Assembly (NCBI GenBank): GCA_965153455.1
Contig: OZ234493.1
Coordinates: forward strand, 7,926,213-7,990,212
Direction of reading: 5' to 3'
Source: Sphagnum compactum
Lineage: Eukaryota
DNA: 64,000 bases
The translations under genes were made by a program, and so were the position numbers. The notes beneath the pieces are model-generated. The model had not been told where the DNA came from and ran no database searches. It was given only the letters and a program-made list of their open reading frames with translations. Numbering within the stretch: the first letter of the stretch is position 1; each line of letters begins with the position of its first letter. Shown piece after piece: positions 39,849-52,569 of this stretch.

Positions 39849-42162
39849 CACTACTAGAAATCTTGTCATTTGCAACTAGTCACTATGCAACTGGCATGCA
39901 ACTGGTTGTCGTTTGTAACTATCTTGGTCATGTTTGCAATTACAAAATTGGTATTGTATAATTTTTGGGCCATATGGTTGTTTGTGCAACTAACATGCAA
40001 CTAAATGTGTATAACATGGACACGTGTCATAAAAATAATGGCCCAAACTTATACATACTTAAATACTATACTTAATATATCTACATAGGCTATATATAAT
40101 AGTATTATGTACCTCTAGTACTAAGGTTAACCCCATGCTAACTTAGGCTAGTCTAAACTAACCTAGGTTAAATAAACAAAAAAATTAAACTAACCATGGC
40201 TAAATTTATTAGATTAAATCGATTATGGTTAAATTAAATTAATTTAAATTAACTAGGGCTAAATTAAGTTAGGCCAAACAAATTATGGCTAAATCAAGTT
40301 AGGCTAAATTAAATTAAACTATATTTATTATGGCTAAACTAAATTAAATTAGGATAAAATAAATATGGTTAAATTAAATTATGCTAAAATATTTATGTCT
40401 AAATTAAATTAGGCTAAAATTGACAATGGTTAAATTAAGTTAGGTTAACCTAATTATTGTTGAATTAAATTATGTTAAAGTAAGTTAGATTAAACCATGG
40501 TTTAAATATGTTTGACATTATTTTATTTTGGAATATTTTTTCAAAAAATGTACATTTGATTAAACAAAAAATTATTCAAAATCAATTAATATGATAATAT
40601 TTTAAAAATTATTATAAATAACCATAATTATTAATTAAATTTCATTATAATTATAGTGATAATCAATTATATATAATTAATCAATAGGTATTATATATTT
40701 AAATTTTATTATTTATTTTAAAATATTAATGTAAATAGGCTACACTAATTAACCTACAAGTATATAAACATCCTAAGCAATTATTAATTTAAACTATATA
40801 ATAATATTAAAATCATATTTTCAACAAGTATTCATAATTATTTAATATCCTATAATCACCTTTGAAGTGTAAAAGAAAAGGAGTAATGAAAAACTAACAA
40901 GAAGAAAAATAAGAAAAATAAACTTTCCAAGTTATAAAATGTTTTGTTTTTTGTTTTTTTTCTTACGACCCCTCCTACTTTCAAAGCTCATAACTTTCTT
41001 ATTTTTTATTCATTTTAAACGATTTAAAGTGTTGTAGGAGCGCCATCTGAAGTCCTACAAATCACATTTGAACTCTAATAGCAAAAAAACAACATAAAAT
41101 GAACTTTCTAGGTGTTTAAGAACCGGCCTCAATAGTTTTTTTTTTGAGTTTTTTGACCCCCTTTACTTTGAGGGGCCATAACTTTCTCATTTCTAATCTG
41201 TTTTCAACGATTTTTAGTGTGTTAGATGCGCCAAGAGGAGGGCTTCAAGTTTTGTTTGGACACCAAAAGCAACAGAGCCCTCCCCTGGCTGTTATACTTT
41301 AATACAGTAGTTGCATCTAATGTGCAACTAGGCTGGTCCATGAGGTTTGCAATGGAATGTATTAACTCATATCTTTTGGCTTCCAATTCTATTTGGTTCA
41401 GTATATAAGTAGGAGCAATAGTTATGTTGAAACCAAATATCAAGTGCCATTGGGGATGAGTAAATGAAAAAAGTTTGACCTTTATGAAATGGTCAAACCT
41501 AAAAATAAAATCGGATTATTTTAAACCTATTTATATAACCTAAACCTAGCTATTTTTCAACCTACTTACATACCTAAATAAATTTAACTTACTTAATAGG
41601 GTTTAATTATTATCTACCTACCTAGGCACCACGTGTCAACATCTTATTAGCCATAGATTTCATGAATTAATATTTTTAAAATTAAAAATAGGTGGGCCTT
41701 GATTGCCACATGTCACCATATAATTGGTGTTAAAAATATTGAACACGTGTCAAATAGTCAATGAACGTTCCATGGTGTGCCACGTGTCATCATCCTAATG
41801 GCAAAAACTTTAATGATTGAGATTAATCCAATGAATTTTTAATTTTGAAAACAAAAAAAAGTTAAATAATGACACGTGTTCACAAGCTAGTTGTCTAATT
41901 TTTAAACATGTGTCATGTTTTGATTAGTTGCATGTAGTTGCAAAGAAAGTTGCACATAAGGTGCAACTATACTGGATTGGTATGTATGTATGAACATGTA
42001 TACTAACATCGTATATACATGTTGCATACATAGTGTCACATGCAACTGCATGTCATGTGCAACTTGTCTTAGGCAACTGCACAAATTTGCAGTTGCATGT
42101 GTCGCATGCAACTAAATTTCAGTTGCAAACGACAGTTGCAAAACCCAAAATTTCTAGTAGTG
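39849..42162. mobile_element. Non-autonomous CACTA element, well preserved, 2314 bp
   Basis: Perfect 13-bp TIR CACTACTAGAAAT (39849) / ATTTCTAGTAGTG (42150-42162) and a 3-bp TSD ATA at 39846-39848 and 42163-42165. Dense TGCAACT/AGTTGCA subterminal repeats at both ends and an internal AT-rich minisatellite. Confidence 0.92.
40130..40500. repeat. Degenerate AT-rich minisatellite inside CACTA element
   Basis: Recurrent GG(C/T)TAAATTAA(A/G)TTA units. Confidence 0.7.
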
Positions 42163-43899
42163 ATATAATGAAATTTGAATTCTCAATAACATTGATTAAT
42201 CATTGTAACTAGTGTTTTATAATGTTTTTACTGCTTGAAAAAACTCACAAATGATTATAAAAGGACTTGAAAATGACATAATTTTGGAGAGACTCTTAAA
42301 ACACATATTCACATAATAATTTAATGTAACATATTTTTGAGTCAAAAGGAAATTTTTATGACTTTTTGCAACTTACAAATGGAATATTCTTAGTATATAC
42401 CAATAATCTTTCACAATAAACAGTCACCAAAGTCCTTACTAAGGGTGCACCCTTGGTTTCTTATTTTGTGAATGTGCCCAAACCACTTCTGATCTAATTA
42501 GAGAAGGTAATAAGGTTATCAAAAATTATTCAAATTAGACCATTTATCACTACATTTGGTAATATTTAGGATCTATATTGTAGCTAATGAACTTTGGTTA
42601 TAAAAGTTCCAACTTTCGACAAAATTGCCTTTTTTCCATGAATGCCAAAACCTATGAGCAAAAATATAAATTTGTTCTAAAATCACCAATAACCATAATC
42701 ATTATTGTTACGGTTTTTAATTATTCCAAGTATATTGTTGCTAGATGTTGCCCTTCCACCACTTACTTATACCCCTCTCATTTTTGCAAGTGAAAGTGCA
42801 TGCAAATCATAAGAAACAATGCAAGTGTTCTTGTTTAATTCTTGCAACTATGTAATAAAACAAATCCCAATAAGATGATCACTGAGTCAAAAACCTAAAT
42901 TGTGGCCAAACATGGAATATGAAAATTGACTTCAATGTGCTATTCATGATTTGGATGTCTTTGACAAAACCTCCAACAAAGCCTCCAACATTTGTTGTAC
43001 ATTCACAATGGGTACCCAACGATTGTTACTGCCACTTGTGGTAACCAACATAACAACAAACATAGTCAATATTGCAATATATAGATCCTTGATTGGCTGA
43101 ATTTTCAATATTCCAGGTCAAATGTAGTTCAAAATCCCAAAATTAAGCAAAAATGCATAGAAAGCTCCCATTGCCACATATTGCCACTTATGGCATCAAT
43201 GAAGAAATAGAATAAGTTTGGATACGTTGCATTAATCCCTATAAAACCAAAGAAATTTTGTCAACTAGTAAATCCCACATAACTAGACTGATGTGCCATG
43301 ATTAAAGTTTTGTGTATAATTTCAGCATGGTTGATTGTTGCATGTTGGAAAGAATGTTGTAAAATTTTGTTGAACATATGTGTAGTTACATTCTAAGTAA
43401 CACATTTTAGGTCAAAAAAACGTCAATATGGATGAATGTGATGATTTGTCATCACAATGGATCGATAAATCCATATTCATGGGGGTTTAGGTTTTCTTTT
43501 AGTATGAAGAATTTTAGGGAGTATTGGGTAGTGGGGCACATCGCACACTGCTTGTAGGATGCACAAGTTAAAGGATACAACTTCAATTGACCTAATGAAT
43601 TTGTTAACACGATTGTGCCAATTTCTTCACATGAGAAATGTGCATATGAGCTTGACAAAGATGCAGATGTTGCTCCACTTGCAATTTGTTGAAGCTTCTA
43701 AAAGGTGCAACAAATAACTTGTATGTGTTTGATATTTGTCAATGTGTGTAATGAATAGCACATGACACAAGTTTAGATTTTGGTGTGACGTTTTGAATTT
43801 CATGCTATAATGTCAATAATTGCATCCTTTTTCCTTTCTATATTTGTGAAAAGTTTTCTTTAAAATTATTTCCAATCTATGTGTTCAAACTTTCAATGT

Positions 43900-46800
43900 T
43901 TGCTCTTTCGTATCTAATTTGTACAATAATGTCATTGATGAAGATGATTTGGTTCATGTCCTATACTATGGTCTAGATCATCTCCTCGTTGTAGACAATC
44001 ACATTGTGAATAAATTCATGTACAAGCCTTTCTTGAATTGGTCCATTTCTAGCCCCATGAAGTTGTCGACTCCAATTTTTTGAACCCATTGCACATCCTT
44101 GGTCCTTACCCATTGCTTGTACATGTGCATTTCTTGGAGAATCAAAGAGTTCCCCACCATGTTTCCTTTTTTCTTTGGATGTGGGAGTTTTCAACTATTC
44201 CCTATTTCTTGGCACTTTTCATTTTCGCTACTATAAGAACTATAATCAAGACCTACATGAACTACAATGTTCATCTATAGTGCAAGTTTCATATCTTCTA
44301 TCATTTCCCACAAAATCATGAGACGTATTACATTAACACATAAAACACAAGAAATGTAGAGAGTACAAGATGAAAGGTGAAGTGTATAAAAACATAATGA
44401 ACAAGGAGAACTTCTTTGTTGCATTTTAAAAGTTTGGGTTTTAGCAAAGGACTTGAGAATGCATGTTTATTGCCAAAACATTGTGGATTCTTGAAATGTG
44501 ATGTTTATTGGATCCCTTTAATCATAAATGGGAGTGTAATTGACAATTCATTATTCCATTGGGTTTCACCTTGTGTGTCCAATGGTGATATTTCGATTAC
44601 CAAGTTATGAATGGCATCGACCAAACAATAATTGGCGACAAATTTACTCCTTTAAAAAAATGTATAGTCTCCTTTGATAGTTTATTGGTACAATGTGATG
44701 TTGCCAAATCAACTATGGAAGCTACCAAAGCAAGGTCTTGTGGGTCTCCTACCAAATCCTTTTCTTCTATTGAATTTTTTTCTTCAGGTCATATCTTTTT
44801 CATTACTACTTGGTTTATCAAATCAATTATAGATTCTTGATATTCTTGAACCCCTTCACCAATCGATCTTCCAATGCTTTGAAAGTTTCTTCATTCATTT
44901 GGTAGGATTTAAGTTATTGACGTTGACTAAAAATCGGTTAGGGTCAAATTTATCTATTTGGACGAGGAATATAGTATTGTTTCGTAAATAATAATAAATT
45001 TAGTAATGTGAACCACATATTTTTGAACTGTCTTGGGTGAAATTGTTTCCTTTTGGGAAACCAAAACACATAATTTCTCAAGGAAAAATTATTTTCCTTG
45101 TAATGATTGGCAACCTAAATGGCATGGTTCCATTGTTTCTAATTAGAAGTAACAATTGCCTCCTCTTTATTTGAATCTAGCTTTTTGAATTCAGTAAATC
45201 TAGATGTTAGGACTTTAATGGGACGTTTGATTGAAAAGTTTGTACCTAAAACAAAGTAGGTAAAAGGTATTTGGTAGGCATGAATGGATAAAGTCCATAA
45301 TAAACTAAAATGGAATGTGGCCAATAGTCACCTTAAACACAATTCAGTAAGTGGAAAGGACAATGTATAGATGTTCATCCCAATTGTTGCATTTATCATT
45401 GACGAGTAATTGTCAAAGCTCCAATTACTTTGTTTATGGACTCCACCTACCTATTACCTGAGGATAATGGAAGAGCTTGTGTGTCAAAATAAAAAATGAG
45501 TAGTCAAGATCAATAATGAAATGAACTTCTTGGTCATTTACCAAAGGAAATGGACATCCAAATCTTGTGAAACTACATTCATAAATGAATTTTGTAGTCA
45601 TAGTAGCAATGTTGGTCCTTAAGGCTTTCACTTCTGCCCATTTGGTGGCCATAGTTGGTAATCATCAACATGTACTTGTTACAATATGCCTACCCACTAG
45701 TTTAATTGGCCCTATGAAATCCAATGCCCATTTCATGAAAGGTTATTCAAAGAGCATAATGATGAATTTAACCATGTTTGAGGTGAAGATTATTTATCTT
45801 CTAACAATCATCATGGATTTCACAATAGTTGTGAATGTCCTTATAAAGTGTGGGCCACCAATATTTGGCATCCAAAAAATTTCAGTTGGTGATGTTCACC
45901 AAAAAATGTCCACCAACACCATGATGCATTTGCTACATGACCATTGTGTTTTAATAGGTTGGAGACATCGTTTGATCTTGTCCCATTCAATAAAGTTACC
46001 CATTACAAAGATTAAATGACAAAGGATCTAGGTCCTCTTTCATATTTGGTAATCATGATAAAACATCAACTATCGTATGTGATTTTCCTAGCTCGTAAAC
46101 TACTAAAATATCAAATTCCATGAACAAAAGAAGCCATTGGGTAATACAATTGGATACTTGTGGTTTTTGGATAAGTAAATCAAAGCCATATGATGACATA
46201 AAACACAAATTTGTTGCTAAGGAGGTAATGCTAAAATTCATGCAAGGCATATACCATTGCCAATGTTTCTTGTTCAATAATGGTGTACTTTCACTTGGCA
46301 TTGTTGAATAATCACAATGCATAACTTATGGGTTGGTTGCATTTGCCACAAGTAATATTTTCTCTAACATTGCTTGCATAATGAAATTGGACGCATCGAT
46401 GTGTACATCAAGTTTGAAATCTCAACATGGTGTAATAAAAATCAGTGCATTCATGTTTTGGTTTTTGATAGTTTCCTTCACATCTTGACTAGTAAGTACT
46501 AATATCTACAAAGTTTCTATATTGGAATATTTTTGCAACAAAATTTGTGCTCCAAAATTTATATTTTGAATTTTATAGAAAGAAGTACAAAAGTTTCGAT
46601 AATTCATAATTATAACAACTATTATGTACTTCTTACACACATTTCCTTGTCAAACATCACATATTGCATCAATGTGCTTCATATTTTAAAACAAAATAAA
46701 AATCATTGTCGTATCTTTGAACTTTTTTTTCTCCTTTTCCTACAACTTTACATCTGTCCCATGTACCATCTCTCACCATGTACAATCTTTCCATGTGAAA

Positions 46801-47830
46801 AAATAATTCAGATCTTCTATCAAACGTAATTCAAAATTTATTTAGTGACTACCTTAATTATGCCCTTAACAATTGTTCTAATTTTTCCCTTTACATTACC
46901 CTCCATGTATTTTTAAATTTATCTTCAAAATCCTTGAAATGTAAAACATTAAAATTATAAATGTTAAGACAACTTTTACACAAGTTATATATAGTATTTG
47001 TTCCCTATGATGTTGGCAAATCTATAGATGTCTGCATTGGACATTGTGCCTTTTATTATGGTTATGTTACCATAGGTTGTTGATGTTGGGTTATAGATTC
47101 AAGTTGAGTGTGCCCATTATCATCCTCCTCCCCATGTTTAACAATTCCTTTGCAGTTGTTGTCAAATATTTTATAAAAATTACAATTTCAAATGTTGTCA
47201 TGTATTCAATAGATTTTTGTTGTGAAGTCAGTGGTTATGTTGGATGTTGTACTTACACTTTTAGCAAAGTTTGTGGTTTTGTCGAAATTGTTGAAATTGA
47301 TATGCCACCATTTCCTCTTCATTGGTAACCTCCAATATGTAATTGCCACCTTTCATTTCCATTTAAGTTATGTGGTTTCTGCTGATACCAACCTTGGAGC
47401 TTCTCCATCAGGTTTCGTTTCGTATTCTTTTGGACTCCAAGACTATACATGAATTTAAGATATGATTCCTTGTAAGCCTTCATCTTTCTCTTGTAAAAAA
47501 TTTCATTAACACGATGATTTGCAAATATCTCCTCAATTTTTATAGCTCCAATATATCATGCACTAAGTTCCACCATGTATCCACATTTGTGGTTAGTGTG
47601 TCCATTACCTTTTGCTTCGTCATGAGGCTAGTGTACTGCATCTTCAATTCATCATACTCATGTAGTTTGTACTTAGAATAGTATGGCTCCAACATTTTTT
47701 TAACTTCTCCATAACGATTTACATCCAAATTGTATCATTATGTAGTGCCTTCATGGCTCGTTCCTAAGTGACCTTCATATGTTCTTTTCAACTATATTTC
47801 ATTATTATGTTGAACAAAATGTTGTGATTC
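43900..47830 (-). mobile_element. Ty3/Gypsy LTR-retrotransposon remnant (gag-like, RNase H, integrase, possible 3' extra ORF)
   Basis: RNase H end KPQVSNCITQWLLLFMEFDILVVYELGKSHTIVDVLS (~46055-46170). Integrase core [45 protein letters not shown] (45434-45652), preceded by PFMKWALDFIGPI. Weaker evidence for a gag-like segment at 47440-47830 and a 3' ORF fragment (KIGVDNFMGLE..RLVHEFIHN) at ~44000-44130. LTRs were not identified. Confidence 0.82.
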
Positions 47831-48929
47831 TAGTTTCAATTGCTGAATATTTTTTTTCTTAATCAACCATTATATGGTTGAGTCCGGTGTTATCCTTCAA
47901 CAACATTTAACACTATGTTGCATCTTGATCTGCTATTTTTTAGCTCATAGTAGTTGTCATCTTGTTGTTTCAAATTTTGTAGCAATAATGTATCCCTCTC
48001 CACTTTGATATTTTCCTTTAATTTGTATCTCCATATTATTTTTCCTTTGATTTGCATTGAAAAACTCCATTTGTGCTTTGTTTATATTTTGTTAAATACT
48101 CTTTACGTTCCTTTATTGTCAACTTCTTCTTCTACACCTCTTATATATTGTTAACTACTACCTTAATTGGTTTTCTCTTGAATTGTAGTCTACAACTAAG
48201 TTGTCATTTGCAACTTATCTTGACTTTCTGAAGTAAATAACTAAAACATAAGTTGGCCAAAGTGAACCAACATGCACTAGTGTGCCAATGTAGGATATAT
48301 GCCATCAATTGAATGGTTTGTGAACAAGAAACATTTGTTAGTTACATATTCTTGTACCATATTTAACCATTGTGATTAGCTATGTACTAACTACTAACCA
48401 TTTGCATGCATGATCTACATGATTTTGTAGCCACCTAAATCCTTACATACTGAAGTGTTTGTTTGCATTTATGGGTATTATAAGTGGTACATTTAACATT
48501 GTTGATAGTGGATATTTGTTACCACTATTCATGGTTGCACATGACAAGTAGGTAAGTAGTGGATGTGGCAAGGCTACATGATAGACTAATAACATTGTTA
48601 TTGTTTAATGGTAATATCATAATAGTTAACTAATGTGTCAACATAATCTTCAAAATTTGAAGATTTTAATGTCTACTAACAAAAATAATTGATCATTTGG
48701 AAAACATAAATAGTTTACTAATCTTCACACATCCATTACAAATCCTTTCTTCTTCATGCATCCATTGCAAAACTCATTTTTTTGTTGCAAAGTTTTCTTC
48801 TTGCATGATGGAATTAGATGGTTTATCTTTGCCAATGGATTCAAAAAGAGTGAAAGAAAGAGCAAGAGAAAGAGGGTGAGGAGGGAGAGGAAGAGGAGGA
48901 AGTGATGGAACATAAAGCTACCAAAGGCA

Positions 48930-49250
48930 TGGAAACTAAGGACATAGTGCAGTATTGGCACTCATCATATGTAAGCAAGATGACAATGCGACACAAAAGG
49001 GGTTGGTGGATCCAAGAGCACATATGGTTTCAATTGCACAAAAACAGAATAACATTTAAAGGAGCTTTAGAAGATTATGCATACAAGGATGCCAAGAAAT
49101 GGCAAGATGTGTAAAGATAAATATATGGAATAGGCTACACTTTGATAAAAAGGAAATATTTGATTATTGCAAATCAACTAGCAACAATACTATTATTGGG
49201 ATTGCATCATTAATGCACCATTGCAAGTTGAAGGAAATAATAACTATATT
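48930..49250 (+). pseudogene. PIF/Harbinger Myb/SANT-like (trihelix) DNA-binding ORF remnant
   Basis: Frame-shifted translation gives SAVLALIICKQDDNATQKGLVDPRAHMVSIAQK...KEL*KIMHTRMPRNGKMCKDK.WNRLHFDKKEIFDYCKST...YWD. The R..xxC.DKWN.L motif is characteristic of Harbinger Myb/SANT partner proteins, and it lies convergent to the Harbinger transposase remnant. Confidence 0.65.
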
Positions 49251-51179
49251 ATCTTAGTCCCAAACAATGAAGAGTAGGAAGAACAAGATTCAACACAATC
49301 TTTTTGTTTGTTTATGGAGGACTCGTTAGGGGATGACTATGCACTAGAGCCACAAATGGATTATCATTCAAATGATCAACAAGCTGACTTTTCTCCAGCT
49401 CAAGTAAATGTTGTGAATCTTGATGATTATGTACATAGTATTTAACATGTTCCATCTTTTGCAAACTTTTTGGTGCCTATGCCACACAACCACCAATAAT
49501 TTCAACTATGTTTAGAACTACATGAGTCAAACAAAAGTGTATAAATGTGTTTTCCTTGGTTATTGAATTCATAAACGACAATAGTAAAATGTTAATGGTG
49601 GCCATGGATCATGTAAACTCCACACAATTACAAATCAAAGAAAATTGCACCATAATCAACAACCCAATTGTTTACGATTAGTTGGCTTGCTTAAGAAATG
49701 AAACAAAAAGATATACGAACAAGCAACGACATGATGGTTGTATGAGCTCAAACTTGAGCATGACGTTATGCCATGCCTTCATACATTACTACAAATTGCA
49801 ACCTAGGTCACTATACATTCCACCCAATTTTCATTATATTGTTAGAAAACCATTATAGTGATTTAGATTGGAGGTTAAGTTGATTGAATTGTGGTTTGGG
49901 TTGCATGGCAATACGTCCACACACTTTCCACCCAACCACCCTTGGATATAGTGGTTGCTTGGTGGTTTAGTGCGTTGTATGAATGGTTTGTACATGTACG
50001 AATGTGGTTTAATGTTATGCTACCATGTGTTTGGCCTAAGCTAGGTACCATAAGGCTCAACAACATGAGCTAATTACCTTAGAATCGACAACCTAGGCCA
50101 AGTACCTTAGGTAACTAAGGGAAAAAATGAACTTAGGATAGGAACCTATACCTAGCCAAACTAGGTAGCCTAGTAGCTTAGTATAACTAGTTTGCAAGTG
50201 TGAAAAATCCCTCATCCACATTGGTGGTTCAAGTTTTTAACCACTCCACCATGTTTTTTTAATGTAATATTATATGTCACCATATTATTATAAACATTTT
50301 TGACAACTTAAATAGCTTGACCTAAACTAACAACCTAGATTTAAACTTATGTTAATTTAAATAGGCCTACTACCTAGACTGACCTAAGTTGACATAAACT
50401 AACCTAAGGTGACCTAAGTTATCCTAGGTTTATTTAGGTCGACTTAGGGTAACTCAATTAGGTTGACCTAAGCTTGAGCCTACCTAGTTTGCAATAACAT
50501 ACAATAACCTATGTAAACCTAGGTTAACCTATGTATTAACCTAGGTTGACCTAACTATCTACGTTTTATGTTACATATGTACAACCTAGCTTAGGGACCT
50601 ATGACCTTTGTGTAACCTAAGTGATAAAAATACCACCTAGTGTATGTATGACCTTTGGGTAAATGCACAATACACTCACCCAAAAAGGGCGGATGGAAGT
50701 CCATTTTTATAGTCCAAATGCATTGATTTAAAAAAAAAAACATTTAAATGATGTTGAAGTTCACATTTTTTTCCATTTCCAAGTTCATACCACCATAATT
50801 TAAACTTTTTTTTCAAACCTCTAAAAATATGGGCCTTGAAAAAATCAATTTAAATATTGAAATGAACTTTATGAATTTGAAATTTTCATTTGAAATTTAA
50901 AAAAATTTGAGAGACTTTTTCTTGCTTGATTTTTTCATCTTAAGTGTTATGGTACTTCAATGTGTAGTCGTAAAAAATTATCGACTTAGTTTCCAATTCC
51001 ACTAGAAGAAAAAAATCCATAATGATAAATTTTTTGGGATAGTTTGTACTGTGACATTGGATGTACCATCCTTTGTAAACTCCATCTTGAATTTAACATT
51101 TATCCTTTTGGTAATTTTTTTTTGGGTTTGAAAGATTAGAATGTAAGTTTCAATTTTTCATCTCACTCATAACTCATGT

Positions 51180-51800
51180 GCATACAAATTGGCTTATGTA
51201 TGACCTAGCCTATGTATAGCCTAGCATACATACAACCTAGCTTAAATGTATGACCTAACTTATTTATGACCTAGCCTACTTAAACCTAACTTACATAAAT
51301 ACCACCTAGTGTAATATGTAGGACATCCTAGTTGCTTAGCTTAACCTTCATATGACTTAGGTAGGTTAGGTTGTAGTTTATGTACAACCTACATACAATT
51401 TAGCCTACATATTATATGACCTAGCCTATGTATGTACAACCTCGCCTACGTATGATGTTCTAGCTTACATATGTATGACCTATGTACAACCTAACCTACA
51501 TACTTAATTATGACTTAGCCTATGTATGTATGACCTTACTTACATACATATGACCTAACCTAAATATATACAACCTAGCCTACATACAATGTCCTAGCCT
51601 ATTATCACCTATGTACAACTTAACCTACATAAAAATGACCTAGCCTAGCATACATATGATCTAGGTATATACCTAGGTATAGGGGTGTACCTAGGCATAC
51701 CTATGTATACCTATGCATACTTATGCATAACATAGGTGTAGCCTATGCATAACCTAGGCATATAGGTAGGTGTACCTATGTGTACTTATGCATAGACATA
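51180..51800. repeat. Degenerate minisatellite (TATGACCTAGCCTA / TACAACCTA units)
   Basis: Many imperfect copies of (T)ATGACCTAGCCTA(C/T)(A/G)TA, followed by a TAGGTATACCTA-type palindromic tract at 51660-51790. Confidence 0.7.
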
Positions 51801-51818
51801 CATATGTGTATTAAGCAC

Positions 51819-51972
51819 CACTACTACAAAATGTGGGTGCAGTTCATTAGTCCTCATTCATTAGACGAGTGAATTCACTGCTTCTTCATTGGTCCCAGTT
51901 CATTACAACCAGTGAATTCATTCAAAATCCAGTGAAATCATTTGGCATACAAGGATACCTTTTGTTGTGGTG
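51819..51972. mobile_element. 154-bp CACTA mini-element
   Basis: Left CACTACTACAAAA matches right TTTTGTTGTGGTG (reverse complement CACCACAACAAAA) at 11/13. TSD CAC at 51816-51818 and 51973-51975. Internal AGTGAATTCA/AGTTCATT repeats. Confidence 0.75.
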
Positions 51973-52569
51973 CACAAATTATGTATTGTGCCACATCATC
52001 CATTGTTGTTGTTTTGTACTGTTTGATTTGATGGTTTAGATCCATTAATATGGCATTATATGGTGGAATTGTTGATGATATCTTCCATCCAATTTCCTAT
52101 TGGATGGAGTGTTCTAGTGGTTTATACACTATTTTTAGTAGTGATATAAAACAAAGCACATATGCCTACATTTGTGAATTTTGCTTTAAACGACTCATTA
52201 AAAGAGGAAATGGTCAAACTTGAAGCTAATGCTACTTCATCAACAAATGCATGAATATAGCTTTTGGATGACATATATGAATCCAACATATGTTACAAAA
52301 TTGCATTTAATCCATTGTTCATAAATACTTGCACAAGATAGTTGTGATTCTAGCAAGAATTATTTGAATTTGCATGGAGATAACTGTATAGTTACAAACT
52401 TCATTTGAAAATACCTTCAAGACCAAAAAATGTTGTTTGGCCATTTTTCATAAACATGTGTTTATGATTTTAATGAACTATAAATACAAAGTGATGATTT
52501 AGTGTGCAACTACTCTACATGGCCTATTACCAAAATACCATTATATAATGATGCATTAATTTATTCCAT

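Larger units (their letters stand above)
49837..52143. mobile_element. Putative non-autonomous CACTA element (~2.3 kb) inserted between Harbinger ORFs
   Basis: The right end TTTTTAGTAGTG (52143) is clear. The left end TATTGTTAGAAAACCA is interpreted as transition-decayed CACTACTAGAAAACCA. Flanks are TTA/ATA (2/3 match), and the interior is rich in CCTAG/ACCTA minisatellites. The left boundary is uncertain. Confidence 0.4.

Noticed and set aside
47381..47391. TGGTATCAG primer-binding-site-like motif (minus strand)
   Set aside because: The match to the tRNA-Met PBS is incomplete, and it lies downstream of the gag-like segment rather than next to an LTR.
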